Part shown: piece after piece, positions 49,186-57,735 of the stretch
Numbering within the stretch: position 1 is the first letter of the stretch
Layout: every line of letters starts with the position of its first letter
Assembly (NCBI GenBank): GCA_964638415.1
Contig: CAZWYP010000001.1
Span: forward strand, 53,706 to 117,705
Direction of reading: 5' to 3'
Origin: an uncultured Gammaproteobacteria bacterium
GTDB lineage: Bacteria > Patescibacteriota > Patescibacteriia > UBA1558 > GWA2-36-10
DNA: 64,000 bases
Notes under the pieces: model-generated
The model's input: the letters and a program-made list of their open reading frames with translations, nothing else
Database searches by the model: none
What the model was told of the DNA's origin: nothing
Made by a program: the position numbers and the translations under genes

Positions 49186-50132
49186 TGTCCAAGCAAGTAA
49201 AATCTGAAATCCGCAAAGATTATATCCAGGAGAAGTATGTAATTATTGCCCCTAAGCGCGGTAAGCGTCCGCATGAGCTTAAAATCACTGCTCCAGTCAA
49301 GCCAATAGTTAGCAATGATGCTTGCATCTTCTGCCCGCATAATTTGTTGTCAGTACCCAGCCTTTACCAGCAGGGGCCTAAAGCCAATTGGCAGATCAAG
49401 GTTATTAAGAATAAATACCCAGCGGTGTCTTTGAATAATCCTAAAGCCTATGGCCAGCAGGAAATAGTAATTGAAACTGGAGACCATGTTAAAGAAATGG
49501 AAGATCTGTCTGTTAAACAGATTGCCGATATTCTCAAAGCTTATGCTGCCCGCACCAAGTCAATTGCTAAGAATAAGAAGATAGAGTATATTTTGATTTT
49601 TAAAAACAATGGCGGTTCAGCCGGAGCAACTTTGCAGCATACGCATTCCCAGATTTTTGCTACTCAGTTCTTACCTCCCCACTTGCTAGATAAAAGTCAA
49701 CGTCAGCAGCAATATAAGCTGCAGCATAAAAGCTGTGTTTACTGTGATGTCATAAAGAAAGAAGCTAAAGGCCCTCGTTTAATCTGGCAGGATAAGCAGG
49801 TCATTGCTTTTACTCCTTATGCTTCTAATTTTAATTATGAGGCTTGGATTCTACCTAAAAAGCATTATGATAATATTACTGACTTAACCGCTAAAGACAG
49901 ATTGTCTTGGGCTAGAATACTTAAGCATATTTTAAATAAGATTTCCCAACTTAATCTGCCTTACAATTTCTATTTCCACCAAGTAATTAATGATAATGAC
50001 CAGCATTTGTATATGAAGATAGTTCCCCGCGGTTCTATTTGGGCGGGAGTGGAAATAGGATCAGGTTTAGTGATTAATCCTATTCTACCGGAAGAAGCAG
50101 CTAAATATTATCGGGAGGGGATAAGTAGATAA
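49185..50132 (+). CDS. GalT-family HIT nucleotidyltransferase (galactose-1-phosphate uridylyltransferase / NDP-glucose phosphorylase-like)
   Basis: Zn site CIFCP, and active-site HxHxQ present as LQHTHSQ. Two-domain length (315 aa). Start overlaps the glgA stop. Confidence 0.7.
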   Translation: MSKQVKSEIRKDYIQEKYVIIAPKRGKRPHELKITAPVKPIVSNDACIFCPHNLLSVPSLYQQGPKANWQIKVIKNKYPAVSLNNPKAYGQQEIVIETGDHVKEMEDLSVKQIADILKAYAARTKSIAKNKKIEYILIFKNNGGSAGATLQHTHSQIFATQFLPPHLLDKSQRQQQYKLQHKSCVYCDVIKKEAKGPRLIWQDKQVIAFTPYASNFNYEAWILPKKHYDNITDLTAKDRLSWARILKHILNKISQLNLPYNFYFHQVINDNDQHLYMKIVPRGSIWAGVEIGSGLVINPILPEEAAKYYREGISR

Positions 50133-50140
50133 CCACATGA

Positions 50141-50401
50141 TTAATAGTAAATATCGTGGTCGCCAACTGAATGGAAGTAAACTGTGTGTTTATCAGCAGA
50201 AAACTCAAAGATTATCCGATATTTATAGCCAATAGAAAAAGACAAAAACCCACTTAACCTGCCTTTCAGTTTGTGGGTTTTTAGTTTGGAATTAAAAGGA
50301 TTTTTGCGGAAAATCACCTCCTGTTTTTCTGCCAAATCTTTGACTTCGCTAGGCAGCTTCTGGTACTCTCTAGCGAATTTTGAACTGTAGATTATCTCCA
50401 T
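50141..50401 (-). CDS. type II toxin-antitoxin system RelE/ParE family toxin
   Basis: 86 aa. KTHKLKGRLSGFLSFSIGYKYRIIFEF...VYFHSVGDHDIY matches the RelE/YoeB-type fold signature. Located 5 nt downstream of an RHH antitoxin gene. Confidence 0.75.
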   Translation of the reverse strand: MEIIYSSKFAREYQKLPSEVKDLAEKQEVIFRKNPFNSKLKTHKLKGRLSGFLSFSIGYKYRIIFEFSADKHTVYFHSVGDHDIYY

Positions 50402-50405
50402 GTTC

Positions 50406-50621
50406 TTATCTTAAAGCCTTTAGAGATTTTAAGATTTTTCCCTTGCCGGCTGTTGTTTCTGCCCGACTGGCATTAAGCTCGCTCAAAATCTTGTTTTCCT
50501 GCCAATCCCTCAATAGATCTCGGAAGAATTCACTGGTAGAGGAGTAAGAGCCGGTTTTAACAGCGTTTTTTACGGTTTTGGCCATAGGGGCTGGCAAAGA
50601 GATATTTATTATTTCTCTCAT
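50406..50621 (-). CDS. ParD/CopG ribbon-helix-helix antitoxin
   Basis: 71 aa. The N-terminal beta-strand REIINISLP and the STSEFFRDLLRDWQE helix are typical of ParD-type RHH antitoxins. Confidence 0.7.
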   Translation of the reverse strand: MREIINISLPAPMAKTVKNAVKTGSYSSTSEFFRDLLRDWQENKILSELNASRAETTAGKGKILKSLKALR

Positions 50622-50705
50622 ATGATTATAGGTTAATTGTAATACATTGTATTACAACATTATCACAAGATAAATACCCTGTCAAATTGATAGATCAGGG
50701 TATTA

Positions 50706-51746
50706 TTAATCTTCAAATATTTTTTCTACCAGTTTGAAAGTTTTATTCTGGCAGTCAACTTCCGCTTTGATGCCCAGCGGCATTATCCATTGCGGATCTG
50801 TGTGGCCAAAATCCATATTAGTGATAATAGGCAATTTGTCATTTTTAAATTCACCGCGCACTACTTTCAGGATATTATCATTGAGTAATTTCTTCTCTTC
50901 ATCATTGTAATCCCGAGCCCGTCCAACCAGCAGAGCGGAGACTTTATCCAAAACACCTTGGCTGCCATAATTACGGAGCATCCATTTGACTTGTTCCGGA
51001 GTCGGTTTATCTTCAGAAGTTTCTAGGAATAGTATTTTATCCTGCCACCAGTCTTCTTTGGGCCAAAACTTAGTGCCCTTCATAAATTCAAAGACTTCAA
51101 TACAGCCGCCAAATAACTCCCCAGTCACCTTAGTATCTCCTTGCAGCCAAGTCCAGCCAGCATTGGGTATTTTATCTTTAATCTTTCCCAAGTTAGCTAG
51201 ATTACCCCAGTCCGGATAACCATTGTCATAAAAGGGAAAGGGTTGGTAATTATAGGTTTCGGGATTAGCCAGCAGAATAGTCTTAATATGTTCTTGGAAT
51301 TCTTTACCTAAAGCTTTCCATTGAGAAAAGCCAGCCATAATAGAGGTGCCATTAAGCATAATTAAGCCTAATTGGTTTAAGTAGGTGTTAAGAGTAGTGG
51401 TGTCAGAATAGCCTAAAATAGGTTTAGGATTAGCTTTAATAATAGCTAAGTCAAGATAAGGGAGTATTCTAATAGAGTCTTCTCCACCAATGCTGGTAAA
51501 GATAGCCTTGACTTCTTTATCTGCAAAAGCATCATTAATATCTTTAGCTCTGAACTCTGGATGCTCATAGTTATATTGATTATCTTTGCGAGCTGAGGGA
51601 AATTCTTTTATTTTAAAGCCTAAAGCTTCAATATTCTTTAAGCCTAATTCATAAACATGAGGAAAAATACTAGGTCCTCCCCAGGAGGGAGAAACCGTAG
51701 CAATAGTATCTCCTGTTTTTAGTTTTTTGGGTTTGATGAAAGTCAT
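50706..51746 (-). CDS. S66 family LD-carboxypeptidase (LdcA/MccF-like)
   Basis: GYSDTT nucleophile motif (ILGYSDTTTL). The N-terminal KTGDTIATVSPS layout and the C-terminal His region are consistent with peptidase S66. Confidence 0.8.
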   Translation of the reverse strand: MTFIKPKKLKTGDTIATVSPSWGGPSIFPHVYELGLKNIEALGFKIKEFPSARKDNQYNYEHPEFRAKDINDAFADKEVKAIFTSIGGEDSIRILPYLDLAIIKANPKPILGYSDTTTLNTYLNQLGLIMLNGTSIMAGFSQWKALGKEFQEHIKTILLANPETYNYQPFPFYDNGYPDWGNLANLGKIKDKIPNAGWTWLQGDTKVTGELFGGCIEVFEFMKGTKFWPKEDWWQDKILFLETSEDKPTPEQVKWMLRNYGSQGVLDKVSALLVGRARDYNDEEKKLLNDNILKVVRGEFKNDKLPIITNMDFGHTDPQWIMPLGIKAEVDCQNKTFKLVEKIFED

Positions 51747-51758
51747 AAAGTTATTAAC

Positions 51759-52379
51759 CTATTTTTTTATGTCATTTTTTATCATTTTGATCAATTCCGG
51801 GAATCTAGTTATTTCAAAATGTCCTTTGACATGTTTGTAAATTATTATCTTTGATTTTTTTAATCTAGTCTGATATTTTTTAGCATGGCTAATTGGCACC
51901 ACTAAGTCATTCTTAGAAAACATTAAAGTAGTATTAGCACAGTTTTTTTCCAGTAATGACAAATCTGCTTTGAGTTTAAAACCACCAACCAAATCTTCGT
52001 GCCCCAGACTATTATCAAATGGTGGACAGATCAGATAGACAGCCAAAATTTTCTTGGGGAATTTATTTTCTGATAAATATTTAGCTAAAAATATTCCTCC
52101 CAAAGAACTTCCTAATAGAATTATGTTGTTTTTTAATAAGGGAATATGTCTTTCAAAGTGGATCTTCCAATCGACATATTTAGCGTTATCTTGTAATGGC
52201 ATGCGTGGCCGGATAATTTGTAGTTGTTTTCCTAAAGATTTATCTAGATAACTGCCATACCAGCCGGGTTTTTTAATTAAGGATATTTTACGTTTCTTTA
52301 AATAATTTATATAAGCGACACGACTTTTAAAGGTCATGCCGCCGTGTATTATAAATAATTGAGGATTGATTTTAGACAT
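51759..52379 (-). CDS. alpha/beta hydrolase (RBBP9/YdeN-like serine hydrolase)
   Basis: 206 aa. Nucleophile elbow LLGSSLGG. Short single-domain hydrolase with N-terminal FIIHGG. Confidence 0.6.
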   Translation of the reverse strand: MSKINPQLFIIHGGMTFKSRVAYINYLKKRKISLIKKPGWYGSYLDKSLGKQLQIIRPRMPLQDNAKYVDWKIHFERHIPLLKNNIILLGSSLGGIFLAKYLSENKFPKKILAVYLICPPFDNSLGHEDLVGGFKLKADLSLLEKNCANTTLMFSKNDLVVPISHAKKYQTRLKKSKIIIYKHVKGHFEITRFPELIKMIKNDIKK

Positions 52380-52383
52380 GTGA

Positions 52384-52821
52384 TTATCTTATTTTTTGGA
52401 ATATTTTTATAACTTCTCGCTGGTTTGCTAAGTATAGTAATTTAATTGCTTTATCCAGTGACAGCCAAACTAAAGTATGATCTGGTTCAGTCTTTTTATC
52501 TAGGAATTTTTTAATTGCACAATGATAGAAATGACCAATATTTTCCAGATTTTTTTTAAGACGAGCTGAGTACATATAACAATTACCCTGTCCAAGCTTT
52601 TTTATTATTACTAACTGATAACCGGTTTCTTCCAAACATTCCCTGATTAGACATTTGATAAAGGACTCATTTTTTTCTTTGCCGCCACCTGGTAGGAAAT
52701 ACCCTTTTTTAGTTTTTATAACAGCCAACTTTTTTTGCTTATTTATGATAATAGCGTAAGCGCCTACTCTTTTTTGGTATTTTTTATTTTTCCCCGGCCT
52801 GTTAGCTGTAAATTTGATCAT
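52384..52821 (-). CDS. NUDIX hydrolase
   Basis: Nudix box GGGKEKNESFIKCLIRECLEETGY. 145 aa. Confidence 0.85.
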   Translation of the reverse strand: MIKFTANRPGKNKKYQKRVGAYAIIINKQKKLAVIKTKKGYFLPGGGKEKNESFIKCLIRECLEETGYQLVIIKKLGQGNCYMYSARLKKNLENIGHFYHCAIKKFLDKKTEPDHTLVWLSLDKAIKLLYLANQREVIKIFQKIR

Positions 52822-52904
52822 TTCTTAATTAGTTTGAATTTTTAAATTTGGTTTTGGAGTATAGCTTTTTTATCTATAACTTAATGTATCAACTATCCAA
52901 CTTC

Positions 52905-54332
52905 TTAACTCACCCTCCCAAACTTCCTTTTCCCGGCTTGGATAATATCTCCAGACTTTAAGTTAAGCACCTGCTGCCAATCACTTACTTTCTGCTGGTT
53001 AATCTTCAGACCTCCTCCTTCTACTAATCTTTTACCTTCAGACTTGGAGGAAACAAACTTTAACTCTACCAATAAATCAGCGGGTAGAATATTTTTACTC
53101 TTTAAGCTAAAGATTGGTATTTCCTCTGGCATCTCTTTTTTAGCAAACACCCTATTAAAATTAACCTCAGCTTCGTTTGCAGCTTTGGTTGAATGGAAAA
53201 TTTTAATGATTTCTTTAGCCAGCAAAATTTTAAAAGTTTTGGGATTAGCACCTTGTTTCATTTCTTTTTCTATTTTAGTTATCTCTTCCATTGGTAAACG
53301 AGTGCATAATTCTAGCCCAGGTAAAATCATACCATCGGTCCACGACATAATTTTACCAAACATTTCTTCTGCTGTTTCATTAAGCATGGCCATATTTCCT
53401 TCAGTTTTTCCCATTTTTACGCCTTGGTCATCGGTAAGTAATTTAGTAGTAAGGACAAACTTTTCTTTATTAAGCAAAGATTTCATCAAAGTTCTTCCTG
53501 CTAACATATTGAAAGTCTGATCATTACCGCCAATCTCGCCGTCCACTTGCATTGCTACTGAATCATAGGCTTGCATCAGCGGATATAAAAGCTCCTGTAG
53601 ATAGATCGGTTTTGGTTTTATTTGTATAAGATCATCTTTATCAATGGGAGTATTTTTCTTACAGTGAGGGCATGTTGTTGTATTGTTTTCGACTCTCGCT
53701 GTATCAAATGCCTTATTGTTAATAAATTGGATTGGTGATGGCCAGACAAAATTACAATATCTACATTTTACATATGTTTTGTGGGTTATTCTTTGAATCC
53801 CGCTTTTTTCCAGTAATATTCTAATTTCTTCACTTCCAAACATTCTTTGTGCAAACATATCACGATCCAATAATTGTTGGACAGTAAAATTAGTAGTTAG
53901 TTGCAGGACATCAGCAAAATTCATTTTACTAAACCACTGGCTATTGTATTTTAACTGTGCTTTATTGATTCCGGAAAAATTGATAATTTTACTGATTTGT
54001 TTTTTGTAATCTTTAGCGTTAGCTAATACTTCCTCCCTAGTTAACACTCTACGGGTAGCTTTTTTGTCTGTCGGGTCGCCAATCATAGCGGTATAGTCTC
54101 CAATTAGCAAGATTATTTGATGGCCTAACTCTTGGAATTGTCGGAGTTTTTCAATAATTACAGCACTACCCAGATGTAAGGTGGGCGCTGTCGGATCGAT
54201 ACCTAGGTAAAGAGTTAACCTTTTTCCTGAAGATAGTAGATTTTCCAAGTATTTTTTATCTGGGTAAACATTAGTCACCCCCCTTGTTAATAAAGCTTGG
54301 ATTTTTTCCCTATTTGTGTTAATTTTAGGCAT
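52905..54332 (-). CDS. tyrS: tyrosine--tRNA ligase with an inserted CxxC...CxxC zinc-ribbon segment
   Basis: HIGH-like GIDPTAPTLHLGS, KMSKS-like KMGKTEG, and a C-terminal S4 domain. A ~55-60 aa insertion lies between FAQRM and LLYPLMQAYD and contains CRYC and CPHC. Confidence 0.85.
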   Translation of the reverse strand: MPKINTNREKIQALLTRGVTNVYPDKKYLENLLSSGKRLTLYLGIDPTAPTLHLGSAVIIEKLRQFQELGHQIILLIGDYTAMIGDPTDKKATRRVLTREEVLANAKDYKKQISKIINFSGINKAQLKYNSQWFSKMNFADVLQLTTNFTVQQLLDRDMFAQRMFGSEEIRILLEKSGIQRITHKTYVKCRYCNFVWPSPIQFINNKAFDTARVENNTTTCPHCKKNTPIDKDDLIQIKPKPIYLQELLYPLMQAYDSVAMQVDGEIGGNDQTFNMLAGRTLMKSLLNKEKFVLTTKLLTDDQGVKMGKTEGNMAMLNETAEEMFGKIMSWTDGMILPGLELCTRLPMEEITKIEKEMKQGANPKTFKILLAKEIIKIFHSTKAANEAEVNFNRVFAKKEMPEEIPIFSLKSKNILPADLLVELKFVSSKSEGKRLVEGGGLKINQQKVSDWQQVLNLKSGDIIQAGKRKFGRVS

Positions 54333-54387
54333 ATTTTATTTATTTAATAATGTTTAAATTATAGCTTATTTCTGCTATAATTCAAAT

Positions 54388-57330
54388 ATGTCAGAAAATT
54401 TCAATTCCAGCTTTCACCGGAGAAAAATTGGGGACACTGCTCCCCAGTTTTCTCGCAAGCAGGTGAGCGATATCAACGAAGTAGTAGTTAAGCGTCCTAA
54501 GCGTAAATTGGCTTGGTTTGCTTGGCGTCCCAAACTGCCTAAATTACCGTCTAATAACCGCGGTTGGTTTTGGCGTTTTCTCGGCCGCCACTGGCGCAAA
54601 TTAGCCGGCTTAGCCTTTGCTTTAGGCATTATGTTTGTGGGCTTAGTAGCCTGGTATTCCAGGGATTTGCCGGATCCTAACAAGATTATTGACCGTTCAG
54701 TTGCTTTAAGCACCAAGATTTATGACCGGACTGGGGAAGTGTTATTGTATGAAGTGCATGGTGCGGAAAAAAGGAGCTTAATTAAAATTGACGAGCTGCC
54801 CGAGTATGTTATTAACTCCACCATTGCCATTGAAGATAAGAATTTCTACAACCATGGGGGCATTTCTATCTGGGGAATTCTCCGCGGACAGATTGTACCG
54901 CGTTTGCAAGGCAAGCGCTCTCAGGGTGGATCTACTCTAACCCAGCAGTTTGTCAAAAACGCTATCCTTACCGATGAAAGAAAATTATCTCGCAAGATTA
55001 AGGAGTGGATTCTATCTTACCGCATTGAGCAGAAGTTTTCCAAGGAAGAAATTCTCCAATTGTATTTCAATGAGATACCCTATGGCTCTTCCGCTTATGG
55101 CGTAGAAAGCGCGGCCCAGTATTATTTTGACAAACCAGCCAAAGATTTGACTCTAGCGGAAGCAGCTATCTTAGCAGCCTTGCCGCAAGCTCCCAGCTAT
55201 TATTCCCCCTACGGCAACCATAAGGATTTGCTAATTGCCCGCCAGCAGACTATTTTGGATTTAATGGTTGAGCAGGATTATATTACCGAAGAAGAAGCAG
55301 AGACTGCTAAAAGCCAGGAATTAGTTTTTAAGAAAAGAGCAGAGCAGATTAAAGCACCGCACTTTGTCTTTTATGTCCAGCAGTTATTGGCAGAAAAGTA
55401 TGGAGAGACTTTGCTGGAACAATCCGGCTGGAAAATAATTACCAGCTTAGATTGGGAAAAGCAGCAGAAAGCGGAAGAGATTTTAGCCGAGCAAGCTGAG
55501 AAGAATTTAGAAAATTACCAGGCCAATAATGCGGCTTTAGTGGCTTTGGATGTGCCGACGGGAGAAATAATTTCCATGGTCGGCTCTAAAGATTATTTCA
55601 ATGATGAAATTGACGGCCAGGTTAATGTAGCGGTTTCTCCCCGCCAGCCGGGAAGCTCGCTAAAGCCCTTGGTATATTTAACCGCCTTTAACCAAGGCTA
55701 TCGTCCAGACACTATTTTACTGGACTTAAAGACTAAGTTCGGCTACAAAGCCGACGGCTCGGCCTATGAGCCGAATAACTATGACGGCCAGGAGCACGGA
55801 GCAGTGACTATGCGCCAAGCTTTAGGCGGATCACTGAATATCCCGGCGGTTAAAACTTTGTATTTAGCCGGAGTAAGGAATGTCACAGATTTAGCCGCTG
55901 ACTTTGGTTATACTACGTTAACGGATCCTGACCGTTATGGCTTGTCTTTAGTCTTAGGCGGCGGTGAAGTTAAATTATTGGAGCATGTTAATGGCTATGC
56001 GGCTTTGGCGCGGGAAGGAGTTTACCAGGACAGCGTTGCAGTGCTAAAGATTGAAGATTCAACCGGTAAAGTAATTGAAGAAAAGAAAGACATAGACAGC
56101 CGTCGGGTAATTGACAAAAAACCTGTTAGATTATTAAACAGCGTTTTGTCAGATAATGGCGCTCGGGCTTGGATTTTTGGTGAAGCTAATTATCTGACTT
56201 TGCCGGACCGGCCAGTGGCTGCCAAAACCGGTACCACTAACGATTACCACGATGCCTGGACCGTTGGTTTTACACCGCAAGTAGCAGTCGGTGTTTGGGT
56301 AGGGAATAACGATAACACTGAAATGAAAGCTGGGGCTGACGGTTCCGTAGTCGCTGCTCCTATTTGGAATAAGGTTATGAGGGAATTGACTAAAGACCTG
56401 CCAGTAGAAGGCTTCAAGACTGAAGAGCTGGATGCTTGCGACAAGGCAATGGTCTGCGGTAAATTAGCCGGTGAAGAGATTATTAAAATAGACAAGCTGT
56501 CCGGTAAATTAGCTACGGAACTTACGCCATATAACCAGATTGAAGAGAGAAAATATATGCAGGTGCATAATATCCTGCATTATGTGAATAGAGCAGATCC
56601 CTTGGGACCGGCACCAGCTGATCCTAGTACTGACGGCCAATATGCTTTCTGGGAAGAGCCGGTGAAGGCTTGGGCAGAAGAGCAGGGGTATTTGACTGAA
56701 GCGCCACCTACAGAATATGATGACATTCATTTGCCGGAATACCGCCCCAGCATTTCCTGGTTAAGTCCGCAGGACAACCAAACAGTCAGGGAGAATGAGT
56801 TTACTTTCCGGGTTAATGTTTCCGGACCGCGGCCAGTAGAAAGAGTTGAGTATTTTATCGACAGCAGAAAAGTCGGACAAAGTACCAGTGCTCCTTTTGA
56901 CTTTAACTACCAGGTTAATCCACTGCTAAACAATGGTCGCCACCAGTTAAAGGCCATGGCTTTTGACGGCTTGGACAATTGGCAGGAATCAGTAATTAAT
57001 ATTGACCTGCAGACTGAACGATCATCTTCAGCGTTTAATATCATTTGGCTTAATCCGGAAAACGGCGCCAATTTAACGGCTAACAGTTTGCCTTTACCGG
57101 TGCGCTTAAGTATTACCAACCCAGAGAATATTAGTAAGGTAGATTTTTACTATATCAATCCAGATCAGAATACTAATTGGTTCGGCTATGTGGAAAATCC
57201 CTCTAGTGATGTAGTGGTTAACTGGCAACCAGCTTCTACTGCTCCCGGTATTTACCAGCTCTATGTCGTCGTTAAGGACACCGGCAATAATTTAATCACT
57301 GCCCCGCCAGTTATTATCAACTTGGAATAA
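54388..57330 (+). CDS. penicillin-binding protein 1A family (GT51 transglycosylase + transpeptidase) with a C-terminal extension
   Basis: GT51 motifs (EDKNFYNHGGIS, GGSTLTQQ), transpeptidase SxxK-type region (PGSSLKP), KTGTT. The ~250 aa C-terminal extension is beta-rich. Confidence 0.9.
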   Translation: MSENFNSSFHRRKIGDTAPQFSRKQVSDINEVVVKRPKRKLAWFAWRPKLPKLPSNNRGWFWRFLGRHWRKLAGLAFALGIMFVGLVAWYSRDLPDPNKIIDRSVALSTKIYDRTGEVLLYEVHGAEKRSLIKIDELPEYVINSTIAIEDKNFYNHGGISIWGILRGQIVPRLQGKRSQGGSTLTQQFVKNAILTDERKLSRKIKEWILSYRIEQKFSKEEILQLYFNEIPYGSSAYGVESAAQYYFDKPAKDLTLAEAAILAALPQAPSYYSPYGNHKDLLIARQQTILDLMVEQDYITEEEAETAKSQELVFKKRAEQIKAPHFVFYVQQLLAEKYGETLLEQSGWKIITSLDWEKQQKAEEILAEQAEKNLENYQANNAALVALDVPTGEIISMVGSKDYFNDEIDGQVNVAVSPRQPGSSLKPLVYLTAFNQGYRPDTILLDLKTKFGYKADGSAYEPNNYDGQEHGAVTMRQALGGSLNIPAVKTLYLAGVRNVTDLAADFGYTTLTDPDRYGLSLVLGGGEVKLLEHVNGYAALAREGVYQDSVAVLKIEDSTGKVIEEKKDIDSRRVIDKKPVRLLNSVLSDNGARAWIFGEANYLTLPDRPVAAKTGTTNDYHDAWTVGFTPQVAVGVWVGNNDNTEMKAGADGSVVAAPIWNKVMRELTKDLPVEGFKTEELDACDKAMVCGKLAGEEIIKIDKLSGKLATELTPYNQIEERKYMQVHNILHYVNRADPLGPAPADPSTDGQYAFWEEPVKAWAEEQGYLTEAPPTEYDDIHLPEYRPSISWLSPQDNQTVRENEFTFRVNVSGPRPVERVEYFIDSRKVGQSTSAPFDFNYQVNPLLNNGRHQLKAMAFDGLDNWQESVINIDLQTERSSSAFNIIWLNPENGANLTANSLPLPVRLSITNPENISKVDFYYINPDQNTNWFGYVENPSSDVVVNWQPASTAPGIYQLYVVVKDTGNNLITAPPVIINLE

Positions 57331-57337
57331 ATAAAAA

Positions 57338-57367
57338 AACACCTTGTTAATACAACAGGGTGTTTTA
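57338..57367 (+). terminator. probable rho-independent terminator
   Basis: CACCTTGTT-aataca-AACAGGGTG (one mismatch) followed by TTTTAAG. Confidence 0.55.
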
Positions 57368-57380
57368 AGTTAAAGTTTTG

Positions 57381-57623
57381 TTAAAATCCTTCATTGGCAT
57401 GTATTTTATTAATTTGTTCAATAGTCATATTTTCCATGTTTTGGTAACCGCGGTTAACGGTATTGAGAATGATCATCAGCAGACCTAAAATCAAGAGCAG
57501 CAAGTCAAGCCAGACTGGCATGACTACTGACAGCGCTTTGATCCAACCCACTAAGGACAAGGCAATCAGGAACACTCCGATAAAAACATTGAAACCAATC
57601 GGACAGTTGCAAGTTTTGGCCAT
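57381..57623 (-). CDS. small two-TM membrane protein, unknown function
   Basis: 80 aa. N-terminal CNCP motif followed by two hydrophobic helices. Confidence 0.4.
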   Translation of the reverse strand: MAKTCNCPIGFNVFIGVFLIALSLVGWIKALSVVMPVWLDLLLLILGLLMIILNTVNRGYQNMENMTIEQINKIHANEGF

Positions 57624-57735
57624 AAAACCACCCCCTTTCGGAAATGATAAATAATAGTTTTATCTTAGCCAATCTATTTGGTTTTAGCAAATCAGCCAGT
57701 TTGGCAAAATCTAGCTTTTTTGCTAACCTAAGGCT

